A DNA stretch of 64,000 bases, taken from Nitrospirae bacterium MYbin3 (GTDB taxonomy: Bacteria; Nitrospirota; Thermodesulfovibrionia; Thermodesulfovibrionales; Dissulfurispiraceae). Below, one piece after another: positions 39,149-49,800 of this stretch. The stretch lies in the NCBI GenBank assembly GCA_002753335.1, contig PEAD01000015.1, forward strand, positions 1 to 64,000, in the 5' to 3' direction. Position 1 is the first letter of the stretch. Every line of letters starts with the position of its first letter. The notes under the pieces are model-generated. The model had not been told where the DNA came from and did not search any database. It was given only the letters and a program-made list of their open reading frames with translations. Made by a program: the position numbers and the translations under genes.

Positions 39149-40195
39149 ATGGACATTAAGCTAACAGAACTCGCAAGCTGCGCAGGTTGAGCGGCTAAAT
39201 TCAGCCCTGCTGACCTGCTCCACGTGCTGGGGCAGTTGCCCGAAATAACAGATCCCAATGTTCTTGTAGGCGCGAAAAACGCCGATGATGCTGGAGTCTA
39301 TCGCATAACAGATCAAATCGCGGTCGTACTCACTACTGATTTCTTCACTCCTATTGTTGATAACCCATACTCGTTTGGAGCAATAGCTGCGGCCAATTCT
39401 CTTTCGGATGTTTATGCTATGGGAGGGATCCCAACTGTAGCTTTGAACATCGCGATGTTCCCGAGCCAACCCGAGTTTTTCTCATCATTGAAGCAGATAA
39501 TGCAGGGCGGCATAGATAAGATGGCAGAAGCCGGAGTTTCTATTATCGGAGGCCACACGATAAAAGACAAAGAGCCTAAATACGGTTTTGCGGTTATGGG
39601 GCTTGTCCATCCCGACAAAATTCTCGACAACACAAAAGCAAGACTGGGGGACTCCCTAATACTCACAAAAAAAATCGGGACCGGCGTGCTTTCAACAGGC
39701 ATAAAAGCAGGAAAATGCGAGCAGGCAACGATTGACGAATTCACAAACTCTATGTCAATGCTTAACAAAACAGCAAGCGAGATAATGATGAAAATCGGTG
39801 TAAGCACAGCCACAGATATTACAGGCTTCGGGCTGATAGGGCATCTGAATGAAGTCCTCTCTGCAAGCGGATGCGGCGCAAGACTGCATTCGGACAAAGT
39901 GCCGTTCTTTGCTGAAGCAGTAAGACTTGGCGAAATGGGCATAATACCGGGCGGCACAAAAGCAAACTTCAAAACCTATGAAAAAAGTGTTTCATGGTCC
40001 TCCGATGTTTCGGATGTAGCAAAAATGCTTATGAATGACGCGCAGACTTCAGGAGGTCTGCTTATCTTTGTCCCTTCCGAAAAAAGACCTGCGTTGATCG
40101 AATCACTCCAAGCCGCAGGTATTCTTGCAGCGCATCTGGGAGAGGTGGTCAAGTCTAAAACAGCAGAAGAAGCCAGAATTTTGGTTGAGCGTTAA
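39149..40195 (+). CDS. selD: Selenide, water dikinase, Sec-containing form (TGA 39188-39190)
   Basis: MDIKLTELASCAG-U-AAKFSP is in frame with DDAGVY, TTDFFTP, ANSLSDVYAMGG, TDITGFGL, DAQTSGGLL. Confidence 0.93.
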
Positions 40196-40975
40196 GTGTT
40201 GTCCGGCGTTGATCTGCTGCTGCTTTTTATCGGAGGAGGTGTCGGTTTTTTATCAGGGCTTTTGGGGATTGGGGGGGGAATTGTTATGCTCCCTCTTCTT
40301 CTGTATGTCCCGCCATTGTTCGGATTAACGCCACTGGACGTAAAAAGCATTACAGGACTCACAATGGCCCAAGGTTTTTTTGCGTCCCTAACCGCAGTAT
40401 TCTTTCACAACAAAAATAAGTTTGTAAGCAGGCCTCTTGTGATATCTCTCGGCCTTTCCCTTTTTGCCGCTTCTTTCGCCGGAGCATTATTTTCTAAAGC
40501 GGTATCTGACCGCATGCTGCTGTCAATCTTCAGCATGCTCTCGATCATTGCAGCCGCGATGATGTTCATTCCGCGAAGTGATGAGAAAGACGAGTTTAAG
40601 GAAGATTTAATAACCTTTAATAAGCCGCTTTCGATTGCTGTTGGCCTTTGCATAGGTTTTCTCACCGGCATGGTTGGACAGGGCGGAGCTTTTCTGCTTA
40701 TTCCAACAATACTTTATATTTTAAAAGTTCCGCTCAGGGTTGCTTTGGGCAGCACGCTTGCAATAGGCTTGTTTTCCGCAACCGCAGGACTGGCCGGAAA
40801 AGTTATGACAGAACAGCTGCCTTTTCTTCATGCAATACCGCTGCTTATCGGAGCTGTCCCGGCCGCTAGACTAGGAAGCATTGCAAGCAAAAAAACAGAA
40901 AGCCGCCATTTGAGATGGATGCTGGCTGCCGTTATAACCGCCACAGCTTTGAAGATGCTGTCAGATATATTTTGA
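40196..40975 (+). CDS. Second TauE/SafE family transporter
   Basis: GFLSGLLGIGGGIVMLP; clear paralog of 38275-39063. Confidence 0.88.
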   Translation: MLSGVDLLLLFIGGGVGFLSGLLGIGGGIVMLPLLLYVPPLFGLTPLDVKSITGLTMAQGFFASLTAVFFHNKNKFVSRPLVISLGLSLFAASFAGALFSKAVSDRMLLSIFSMLSIIAAAMMFIPRSDEKDEFKEDLITFNKPLSIAVGLCIGFLTGMVGQGGAFLLIPTILYILKVPLRVALGSTLAIGLFSATAGLAGKVMTEQLPFLHAIPLLIGAVPAARLGSIASKKTESRHLRWMLAAVITATALKMLSDIF

Positions 40976-40983
40976 TTCAGGGA

Positions 40984-41550
40984 TCAGCCGAAAATAGAAA
41001 CAAAATTTATTGACTGCTGTTTGACCGCTAAGTTGTAATTGCCGCTTTGGTTGTACCCTGTTGAAGCCGCCTCGTTATTTTCCCTTGCCTGCTCCTGTTT
41101 TGCCTGCGCCTTTATCCCATCTGCTGTGGCCGCAACATTGCGGTCCTGTCCGGAGGGATCCGCAGGCGCAAGAGCCGCGCGCTTCACCTGCTCCATCTTG
41201 GTAATAGTTGCGGATGGCGTATTTTCGGGAGATATATCTATCTGAACTTCGCCTCCGGTAATATAGCGCTTGCCATCAGGGCCAACCGTGTACTGATAAT
41301 TTGCGGCCCCGGCATATTGGCCTCCGGCAGACTGGTGAGCGCGCTCATGCGCCATAACCTTTTGCTCTTGGGTTTTTAAACGCTGCACCTCGCTCTGAAT
41401 TGCCTGCTGTTGAGAAATATCAGCTGCTGACAAAACACTATTTTGAATCTGATTTTTTGAAAGGTCTTTTGGAGACGAAAAACTATTTACAGGATTGGGA
41501 AATCCATTGTTGAGATAACTCTGATATAAAGCTGCACCGCTAACCTGCAT
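40984..41550 (-). CDS. SprA-related family protein (HExxH putative metalloprotein)
   Basis: VMAHERAH, YTVGPDGKRYITGGEVQID, AALAPADPSGQD. Confidence 0.8.
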   Translation of the reverse strand: MQVSGAALYQSYLNNGFPNPVNSFSSPKDLSKNQIQNSVLSAADISQQQAIQSEVQRLKTQEQKVMAHERAHQSAGGQYAGAANYQYTVGPDGKRYITGGEVQIDISPENTPSATITKMEQVKRAALAPADPSGQDRNVAATADGIKAQAKQEQARENNEAASTGYNQSGNYNLAVKQQSINFVSIFG

Positions 41551-41556
41551 GATAGC

Positions 41557-41754
41557 TTAGGCATAGATATCGACACTACCTGTTTTCGCTGCTGTCCCCT
41601 GAGCCGTCTGTGCCATCTTTGATGAGGTTTCGATAACCTGAGCCAAAGCCTGGTCAGCCTGGGCCGAATTCTTTACGGCCATGGTGCTTTTAGCAAGCTG
41701 ACCATACAGCTGCGTCTGATAAATACTAGAGTTTATTGCGCTTAAAGCTGCCAT
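41557..41754 (-). CDS. Small hypothetical protein (YjfB-like C-terminus)
   Basis: Ala/Gln-rich 65 aa ending GSVDIYA; AAGGA RBS. Confidence 0.55.
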   Translation of the reverse strand: MAALSAINSSIYQTQLYGQLAKSTMAVKNSAQADQALAQVIETSSKMAQTAQGTAAKTGSVDIYA

Positions 41755-41776
41755 TATTAAATTCCTTGCCCTTTCG

Positions 41777-42310
41777 TTATACTTTTTTGCTTAGTATCAC
41801 GCCTGTTTCTTTCATATCCTTTGCGTCTGCCGACACTTCTTCTATGTTCAAACTGTTCGAATCACCAAGAATTTCTTTCATCTTGAGATACTGTTCCGGC
41901 GGCACCTGCGTTACAACATTGCCTTTGGCATCCATATACTTGACCACAGAATCTCCGGTTATTTTATTGTATTCAAACACAACCTTGCTTGCTGATTTGG
42001 TAATATTTTTGGCGCTTTCGACAAGTTTGTTTTGAATGTTTTTCTGTGCTTCCTGAACCGCAACATTGCCCGCAACGGTCTGGCTTAAATTTTGGGGTGA
42101 TGAATTTTGATTTGCAGCACCAAGCCCTGCAGAACCATTCTGCGCCTTTGCTTGCACCTGAACCTGCACCTGAGCTTGGGCTTGGCTATTGCTTAAATTG
42201 GCCGCCTGCTTCGCAAAATTAGCGGCAGTTGGATTGTATGCACTAAGTGAACTTAAATTTGTACTCGAATTTACTTCCATTGCAAGTTCACCACCTTTTA
42301 AGAAAATCAA
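41777..42310 (-). CDS. FlaG-like domain protein with a low-complexity N-terminus
   Basis: VVFEYNKITGDSVVKYMD..GNVVTQVPPEQYLK resembles the FlaG core; likelier start is MEVNS. Confidence 0.6.
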   Translation of the reverse strand: MIFLKGGELAMEVNSSTNLSSLSAYNPTAANFAKQAANLSNSQAQAQVQVQVQAKAQNGSAGLGAANQNSSPQNLSQTVAGNVAVQEAQKNIQNKLVESAKNITKSASKVVFEYNKITGDSVVKYMDAKGNVVTQVPPEQYLKMKEILGDSNSLNIEEVSADAKDMKETGVILSKKV

Positions 42311-42334
42311 AGGTCACTTCTATTTCCAGTAAAA

Positions 42335-42775
42335 CTATACCGCCATATTCACTTGGTTCTGAACCTGTCCCTGTTTCTTGCTTGCGTTATATGCCGAAAC
42401 AGCCTCTCTTATCGAGTTTCCGGCATTGCTGATTTCTTCATACTGCTGAATCAGCGCCTTAGGCCCTTTGCTGTCGTTCTCGGCGGTTTTGTTCTTATCC
42501 GCTTCCTGTTTGTCCTTCTTGTCAGCAACCTGCTTGATTTCATCAGTATTCTTTGCTACATCTGCAGCCTGCTGTGCATCCTCAGTCTTCTTTGCATCAG
42601 CTTCCCTGCTTATGCTGACCTTGTCCTCTGCTGTACTCTGCTGTTTTTTCTTTGCTTCAGCTGCATAAGCCAACTGCTTGGCGTCAGGCCTTTCTTTAGC
42701 CGACGCCTGATTTATCTGCTCGTACTTGTTAACATTGAGAGAGTTTATGTCCGATACAGTTGCCATAATCCTCAC
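42335..42775 (-). CDS. Hypothetical charged protein with a DKVSISREA motif
   Basis: GGAGGTG RBS; Lys/Ala/Asp-rich; the D-x-V-x-I-S motif is seen in FlgM-like and other flagellar-exported small proteins. Confidence 0.6.
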   Translation of the reverse strand: MRIMATVSDINSLNVNKYEQINQASAKERPDAKQLAYAAEAKKKQQSTAEDKVSISREADAKKTEDAQQAADVAKNTDEIKQVADKKDKQEADKNKTAENDSKGPKALIQQYEEISNAGNSIREAVSAYNASKKQGQVQNQVNMAV

Positions 42776-42841
42776 CTCCTGCTCCTAATCTTATCGTACA
42801 ACTAAACCACTTGTTTGTCAATATGTTACAACTCATAATCA

Positions 42842-44098
42842 TCAGGAAAGTTCCATATAATCCAGATCCTTGTGAAAGGTCTCCTCAAGCCTCCAGAGAG
42901 AGAAAAAAGCCACGATAAGACATAAAATCCCTATTAAGGCCGCACCATTAAGAATGCCTAACTGAGACTTGGCAAATTGAAAAAGAAATGTGACCGGAAC
43001 AACACTTCCCCTCACTAAATTAGGCACAGTAGTAGCCACCGTCGCACGCAGATTAGTTCCAAACTGCTCCGCAGCAACCGTTACAAAAATTGCCCAGTAA
43101 CCTATAGCAAAGCCTAAAAGCGTGCATGCTCCATAAAATATCTCTGCTGTTGCTCCGGTAAGATTAAAATAAAGCAACATAAAAAATGCTGTCAGAAACA
43201 CGAAGAAAAGCACCGCTTTCTTCCGACTCTTCCATAACTGACTCAAAAGTCCGCTCGAAAAATCTCCCGCTATCAGTCCAATATAACAAAACATCACCGC
43301 ATTGCCCGCATTCACCACGCCTTTAATGTTTAGGGCATTTGCGAATTCAGGAGAAAAAGTTATCAATATTCCGACCACAAACCATATCGGAATACCGATC
43401 AAGACCGAATTGAGATATTTCAAAAAAATCGGCCATCCAGAAAAAATCTTAAAAAAGTTGCCTTTGCTGACTTCGCTGCGCTCCATCTGTCTGAACATTC
43501 CTGATTCATAAGTCCCTATCCGCAGAAGCATCAAGAGCAGGCCGAGTCCTCCGCCCAGAAAAAAGGCGACTCTCCAATCAAACAGCTTCGCAAAATAGTT
43601 CGCAAGTATCGCACCCGACACCCCCACAGAAGCCACAACCATAGTGCCATAGCCGCGCAGATGTTTTGGCAGCACCTCGGCTACAAGCGTTATCCCTGCG
43701 CCAAGCTCTCCGGCCAATCCTACACCCGCGATAAAGCGCCAAACCGAATACCACTCAATCGTGTCAACCATTCCATTAGCTATATTCGCAACCGAATAAA
43801 GAAAAATCGAGCCGAACAAAATCTTCAATCTTCCCTTCTTATCTCCTAAAACCCCCCAAAGCACTCCGCCTATAAGCATTCCGGCCATCTGCATATTCAA
43901 AAGGAATACGCCTTCATCAAGCAGCGCCTGCCCATGCAGACCTATAGATTTAAGGCTTGGAACCCTGACGATGCTAAAAAGCACAAGGTCATAAATATCC
44001 ACAAAATAGCCCAGCGCCGCCACTATGACAGGGGCCGAAAAAACAATCCGCCACTGCGGAATCGTCTCCACCTGCGTATGACCCTCAATCTTTTCCAT
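42842..44098 (-). CDS. Major facilitator superfamily transporter
   Basis: GYFVDIYDL, GVLGDKKGRL, RFIAGVGLAGE, EQFGTNLRAT; about 12 TM helices. Confidence 0.9.
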   Translation of the reverse strand: MEKIEGHTQVETIPQWRIVFSAPVIVAALGYFVDIYDLVLFSIVRVPSLKSIGLHGQALLDEGVFLLNMQMAGMLIGGVLWGVLGDKKGRLKILFGSIFLYSVANIANGMVDTIEWYSVWRFIAGVGLAGELGAGITLVAEVLPKHLRGYGTMVVASVGVSGAILANYFAKLFDWRVAFFLGGGLGLLLMLLRIGTYESGMFRQMERSEVSKGNFFKIFSGWPIFLKYLNSVLIGIPIWFVVGILITFSPEFANALNIKGVVNAGNAVMFCYIGLIAGDFSSGLLSQLWKSRKKAVLFFVFLTAFFMLLYFNLTGATAEIFYGACTLLGFAIGYWAIFVTVAAEQFGTNLRATVATTVPNLVRGSVVPVTFLFQFAKSQLGILNGAALIGILCLIVAFFSLWRLEETFHKDLDYMELS

Positions 44099-44203
44099 TC
44101 AACCCTTCCTTTGTATTTGACTGTCTTAAAACTTCTTTAGTAGTATAAAAGATTAAGCCAATGAGCTTGCAACTAACAATAAATTATAAGGAGGTGAAGA
44201 ACA

Positions 44204-44389
44204 ATGTACATGGTAAATGTTGATGCGGCCAAATGTGAAGGCTGCGAAGAATGCGTTAACAACTGCCCTCAGGAAGTCTTCAGAATGGTTGACGGAAAGT
44301 CAGATCCTTATCAGACTGCAGAATGCGTTTTCTGCGAAACCTGTCTGAGCGTCTGTCCTCCGACAGCAATAACGATAAACGAAATGTAA
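44204..44389 (+). CDS. 2x[4Fe-4S] ferredoxin
   Basis: CEGCEECVNNCP and CVFCETCLSVCP; AAGGAGGT RBS. Confidence 0.93.
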   Translation: MYMVNVDAAKCEGCEECVNNCPQEVFRMVDGKSDPYQTAECVFCETCLSVCPPTAITINEM

Positions 44390-44401
44390 TATTTGCAGGA
44401 C

Positions 44402-44444
44402 AATAAAAAAAGGAGGCTGCTTGATGCAGCCTCCTTTTTTTATT
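44402..44444. terminator. Bidirectional intrinsic terminator
   Basis: A7-GGAGGCTGC-TTGAT-GCAGCCTCC-T7 between convergent genes. Confidence 0.9.
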
Positions 44445-44451
44445 ATAAAAC

Positions 44452-44703
44452 CTAATTCTTCTTGAGATAAATCTCCCACATGCCTTTATCTTCAATCTTT
44501 ACGACTTCAATGTCAAATCCCTGCTTTTCTGCATAACGCGGGATTGAATCCTCAGCAGATGCCGGAGCATCGCAGAGAACCTTTAGTATCGCACCGCTGT
44601 CAAGCTTCTCCATCTGCTTCTTTGTCAGAACCAGAGGGTAAGGGCATACCCTGCCTAAAACATCAAGTGTTTCTGCCGGTGCCTGAGACTTTAAATCTGC
44701 CAT
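44452..44703 (-). CDS. tusA: TusA-family sulfur carrier
   Basis: LDVLGRVCPYP motif. Confidence 0.88.
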   Translation of the reverse strand: MADLKSQAPAETLDVLGRVCPYPLVLTKKQMEKLDSGAILKVLCDAPASAEDSIPRYAEKQGFDIEVVKIEDKGMWEIYLKKN

Positions 44704-44727
44704 AATTTCAAAACCTCCTTGGTTTAG

Positions 44728-45150
44728 TTAATTGAATAAAAGATGGTCAGCAGCATCCATCGCCTTTTGTATTTCGCTGTAAGGAACCACTTGCGCTTTT
44801 GTCTCGCCGCCAATATCTTCAGCATCCATAATGAGCGCCGATTCAGAAATTCCAAACTTATCGACATCCTCTTTGCATATAAGCACCTTCAGGTCAAGCA
44901 GAAGCGCATTCTTTATGTGCTGCTCAAGACTTGTAACACCGTAGTGCTTCATTGCCTGATGACCCTTGACGCAGTTCAATACGCCGTCGCCGATAAAGCA
45001 GATAACCGGCTCGACATTTTCACCGTCTTCAAGATAAATCTCTACTGTCTGGCTGGATATGGCATGCGTCATCGCAAGCCTTGAGCCCTCTAGCTTATAC
45101 GGGAGGCTTTTGACCACAAAAGCATATTTCTTAATCGCCATTTTAGTCAC
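44728..45150 (-). CDS. DsrF/TusC-like protein (DsrE/F family)
   Basis: VKSLPY, CFIGDGV, ICKED; operon position. Confidence 0.7.
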   Translation of the reverse strand: MTKMAIKKYAFVVKSLPYKLEGSRLAMTHAISSQTVEIYLEDGENVEPVICFIGDGVLNCVKGHQAMKHYGVTSLEQHIKNALLLDLKVLICKEDVDKFGISESALIMDAEDIGGETKAQVVPYSEIQKAMDAADHLLFN

Positions 45151-45508
45151 CTCCTATATGCAGCACCTTGTCTGCGCTGAAACAGCTCGCAAGGTACCAG
45201 TCCATGCTGTGTCTTTTAAAGCCTGCCATCGTATCATCCTTTTGATAGCCTCTTGCCTCAGCACAGGCCTCGCAGGCCGTAGCCCTAAACTTGTCGGTCG
45301 CAAAAAGCTCTTCAAGAGTCTTTGCGAGGGCCGAATAATCCTTAAACGCCCGCTGCCCCTTCTTTGAAAGCATGGTAGCGTTTCCAGACACCCACAGGTC
45401 AACCGAATGCCCCTTTTCAACCGCAGCCTTTGAGAGCTTTACGGCAAAGTCAAGAGACATGGAGCCGACGAGGGATGAAAAACTGCCGATTGTAAGTTTG
45501 CCCATCAT
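45143..45508 (-). CDS. DsrE/TusD-like sulfurtransferase
   Basis: AVEKGHSV.LW.SGNA and ACEACAEARG. Confidence 0.78.
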   Translation of the reverse strand: MMGKLTIGSFSSLVGSMSLDFAVKLSKAAVEKGHSVDLWVSGNATMLSKKGQRAFKDYSALAKTLEELFATDKFRATACEACAEARGYQKDDTMAGFKRHSMDWYLASCFSADKVLHIGGD

Positions 45509-45517
45509 TGCCTCCTT

Positions 45518-45814
45518 TTATATCCAGATTATTTTTTCGTAATCGTTGAAGATTAAATCAACGACATCACCGTAAGTTACAACCTTAACACGGCTGTCAA
45601 TATTGGCTGCGGTAAAACCGCGGCTTTCCAGATCTTCTGCAAGCACATAGAAAGCGGCCTGCTTGGAAAGAACCGAAGACGCTCCACCATTTTCTTTTGC
45701 AGCAGCGTGATAGACACCGTTGCCTACGAGGATAATGCCGAGCTTATCAGCCTGCAGCCTCTCGATGACGTCGGAACCGCTTCTGTAGTCACTCATGAAA
45801 ACACCGAGTTTCAT
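45518..45814 (-). CDS. DsrH/TusB-like protein
   Basis: GNGVY, YVLAEDLESRG, YGDVVDL, C-terminal IIWI; ATG 45814 follows GGAGG. Confidence 0.78.
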   Translation of the reverse strand: MKLGVFMSDYRSGSDVIERLQADKLGIILVGNGVYHAAAKENGGASSVLSKQAAFYVLAEDLESRGFTAANIDSRVKVVTYGDVVDLIFNDYEKIIWI

Positions 45815-45867
45815 CAAAACACCTCCCCTTCTCACTTGATATTATCTAAACAACTCCTTATGGAGTT

Positions 45868-45901
45868 TAACTTTATACCAAAGTTACGCGAAGGTTGTCA
45901 A
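45868..45901 (-). promoter_or_regulatory. Putative sigma70 promoter with a palindromic operator over the -10 element
   Basis: TTGACA-18 nt-TATAAA; TAACTTT-N5-AAAGTTA at 45868-45886. Confidence 0.55.
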
Positions 45902-45977
45902 TCAAAAACAGGCATAAGAAAAACTGATGGAGCTATTAGACTGAAGCACCTAAAAGAAATAGAACAAAAACAGCTAT

Positions 45978-46868
45978 CTATTGTGCAGAACTTTTTTCTC
46001 CGATGCTGAAGCTGAAAGTCTTGGACACCTTCATCCCGTCGGGGTCGGCAACAGAAACCCTGAAATTATAAGTCCCCTTTTCTTTTTTAGTATTCTTATA
46101 CACAAGCTTTCCGGTATCTTTGTCTATAGTCATGCCTTCAAGGAGCGGCTGCTCAAGAGCAAAAGTTAATTTATCACCGTCAGGGTCTTTGCCTATCATC
46201 TGAAACTCAACATCACCGTTTGCTTTTTGGGACGAGGCGCTCATTTCGAGCGTTGGCAGCGAGCCATGAACAATAACAAACGCGCTGTTATACGGGTATC
46301 CCTCTCTGCCGTCATCCACAGGAACAACCTGAACACTGATGCGGTCGCCCTTTTTGAAAACGCCGGGCTTAAGTGTTTCTCCGTTTGCACCGGGAACAGG
46401 TTTTTCATTAACGCTCCATTGATAGAGATACTCTACTTTATCCGAATAGCTTGTACCGAGAGATATAACAGCTTTTACGCTGTCAAAAATCGTAGGCTGT
46501 TCAGGTGACAACTTCACAAGCTTTATAGTTGCCCGCCTCTCATCCCTTGCTGCCTTTTCCTGTCCCGGAAGCATTCCGGCAGCATCCCTTTTTTCGAGCT
46601 GGTATGGAGAGGTTTGTTTTGTATCGCCAGATACAGATTCTGGCTTTGTGACAGTTTTGCCGAATATTAGATAAAGCACAGACAAAAGAACAACCGCTCC
46701 AATAAAAAATAAAGCAACAGCCGGTTTTTTGCTTGCCGGTTGTTGCTGCTTTACCTGTTTTATCTGACTTGTCTGCTTTTGCTGCTTAGGCTTTTGAGGC
46801 TGAACTTTAGGCTCTAAAAGTTCCTCTAAACTTATCTCTACTACTTCTCTTTTTCTTGCCGGTTTCAT
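45978..46868 (-). CDS. Bitopic membrane protein with Ig/cadherin-like domains
   Basis: One TM helix; YQWSVN, KKGDRISVQV, DPDGDKLTF, GMTIDKDTG, VSVADPDG. Confidence 0.7.
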   Translation of the reverse strand: MKPARKREVVEISLEELLEPKVQPQKPKQQKQTSQIKQVKQQQPASKKPAVALFFIGAVVLLSVLYLIFGKTVTKPESVSGDTKQTSPYQLEKRDAAGMLPGQEKAARDERRATIKLVKLSPEQPTIFDSVKAVISLGTSYSDKVEYLYQWSVNEKPVPGANGETLKPGVFKKGDRISVQVVPVDDGREGYPYNSAFVIVHGSLPTLEMSASSQKANGDVEFQMIGKDPDGDKLTFALEQPLLEGMTIDKDTGKLVYKNTKKEKGTYNFRVSVADPDGMKVSKTFSFSIGEKSSAQ

Positions 46869-46872
46869 TAAT

Positions 46873-49800
46873 TTATTGCACCCTTTTATCTCTCCAGTAC
46901 AGCATGTTGCTCCTGTTGCTTGGGAAGCTCGGGGTTACTCCCGGAACCTTTTGGGTTTGCGTATCAAGACCGGCACCGCCGCTGTTGGTCACATACAGGT
47001 CTGCGCCTGCTCCGTCAGGCCTTATCGATACAAGCGGCGCTGACGGTATGCCTGTACCGAGGGTTTTTGATTTATTTGCTGCAGCATCAACAGTGCCTGC
47101 ACCGGTCGTATAATTAACACCGTAAAGTTTGCCTGTGCCGCCTTGGGTGCAAACGCCGCTGCCGGATGGAGGAGTATAGGTTGTAAAGTAAACCGAGCCG
47201 GCAAAAACGGTTGGCTCTGCCAGCATCTTCTCACCGCTGCCCGCAAAGTTCATGCGCCAACCCTGCTTGACACCGCTGTATGTGGAGCCAGCAGCGGTTA
47301 TATTCTGAAAATCAGCGCTTGAAGAATAGCTGCCGCCGCCATCCTTAAAAGCATAAAACTGCTCCTGTGCGCCGGATGCAGATGGACACTGTTTGTCACC
47401 AGTGCCATAGTAGATCCATATATTGCCTGTAGTGTCTTTGCTTATTGTTGCGGCTGTATAAACAGGCCTGATATCTCCGCCCGATGTACCAACCGCCAAA
47501 CCGGCGGCCCAGTTGCTGGTTGCACCGCAATTATCACCGTTATCTTTGCAAAGTTTAAACCGCCACATGTCACCGCCCATGGTAGCCACATAAACGGTGT
47601 CTATAAATCCGTCATTGTCCGAATCTAAAACAGCGGGCGAAGCCGCAATAGGATAGTCCAGAGAAGCGTTGTTAGTCTTTGTGTATTTCCATAATATGCT
47701 GCCGTCGCTCAGGTCAACCACATAAAAACCTTTACCTAACCTTGAAGAGCTGTCATTGCTGAAACCGCCACTGCCACAGCTATAATCATACGTCCCGCCG
47801 CCCACAAAGCCCACCCACTTTTCATTTCCGCTTATCTTCACCCGACCGATCGCCATCTTGCTCCATGGCTGGGCAAAGTAGGTGCCTGTGGCATTGTCCA
47901 TCGCTGTTGTTCCGCCCAAATGCCACATGTACGTAGGATTGAGTGTGTCGGTAAAATTAAGCGCATAATAGCCGCAATGATAGGGCGTGGCAGAGGTCCA
48001 GGTTTCACTATAAGTTGCGTTGTCAGCCGCACAGTTTACAGAGGAACTGAAAAGATATGAGCCTGCGCCCCTTCCTTCTCCAAACACCACAACCGTCTTC
48101 CAGTCAGAAGAGTTCTTGGTCGTGCCTGCTCCTGAGCCAAGCCAGACATCCTGCGCAGACACAGGTCCATCCACAAAATATTGATGAGATATGCCTGCAG
48201 GTGGAGGATGAGACATATGGCTTACCTGTTGCAGCTTGCGCAAAAGATTCGGGGGGATAAAGCTGAATGCCTCTGAACCGTCAGATGCCTTAATCACATG
48301 AAACTGGCCATCATTGGCTCCAACCACGATTACCCTGCATGCGCCTGAAGAACAACCGGAAGATGTACGCTGGTGGCCGGTCCTGAACGCTTCCCATGCC
48401 TTGGGGTTGCTTGTGTCTATGGCGTCAGAAAAATAAGGCGACGGCGAGGTCAGGACAACAGGATTTGAATGCCATACATCACCCAGCTTCCAGTCATCTT
48501 GATTGTAATTCGTTGCATTATCGGTTGAGGTCTCTCCCCTGAAATATCCGACAACCCTATTCCTTTTTGTTGTATTGTCCCCAACACCCAGTATCTGTGG
48601 TGTCAAGGTGGTGTCAAAATTTACGAGGGAGCCGTTATAGGTCTTCATAGTCCTGCTTGAATGCCCCTGCGCCTGCATTTGAGTCCCCGCATCCCACACT
48701 ACGCTGCCAACACTGCCGTCAGCATTTATAGAATATTTCTTAAGATGGCCCATCCAGAAAGACTCATTGTCGATCGGCTGAAAAGAGGCCTCATAAATAT
48801 TGTTCTCGCTAGTGATTCTGGCCGAAGATACCGTTGTTACCGAAAAAGAGTATGCGGCAGCTCTGATAACATTGACCGCCCGCTTAAGCGCCGCAGTAAG
48901 TTCATCGCCATTGCTTGCGATAAAGGCATACCCGTCCAAGCCTCCGGCGGTATTTATTGTTGTTCCGGTTATCGAGCTTGGAATACCGCCCGGATCATTG
49001 TCAGTGCTTGTGGTTGTTCCGCAGGTGCCGTCAGATGTACCTGTGGTAGCAGCGCAATAATTAGCGGTGCTTGAGTTGTCGGAATAGGCAGTAGATGGAA
49101 GTACATTTGTAAGCGTAGGTGTTGCGCAATCAAGGCCTGTACTGGATGAGCAGTTGAATTTGCAGCAAGTCATCTTCTGTGTCGGCGGGTTGCTTGTGCC
49201 GCAAGCCGCAGGGGTTGCTGTGTCGGATGCAGCCGCATAAGGCGTGTACTTAGTTGTATCTCCGGTTTGAGTGGCATCAGGGTTATATGTGCCTCCATAA
49301 TAAGCTGTCCAGTTCAAGGTATTCTTTAGATAAAAGGGCATATTGGCTCCCAAGCCCACCACAAACACCTTGTACCCGGCATCCGCAAGCGCCTTGGCCC
49401 TGTCAACCGTGGCGCGTCTTCTCTTGTAGCCCATATTGTCCCTGTCAACAGCAGAGACCTTATTGCAGGCCAAAGTATCCTCTCCATCCGTAATAAGTAT
49501 TACGAATTTATCCCTGCAGGCGGCGGCGGTATCTGTAGTTTTATTGGCGTCCAGATAAATCTTGGCCTCTCTCAAAAGAGAAGCCACAGGGGTGTATCCG
49601 GCTGTGCTCAATCCGGCAACACCTCCAGATGTAACGGTGCTCAAACAGCTAGAATTGCTGCCGCAATAAATTGAGCTGTATTTGGTGTTGGTAGCGATTT
49701 CATTAACTATTCTTATGCAGCCCGACGCTGTATCTCCGTCATCAGCTTCAGCCGTAGTATCACAACCCACAAAAGTCATCAGCCCGAGCCTTATGTTCAG

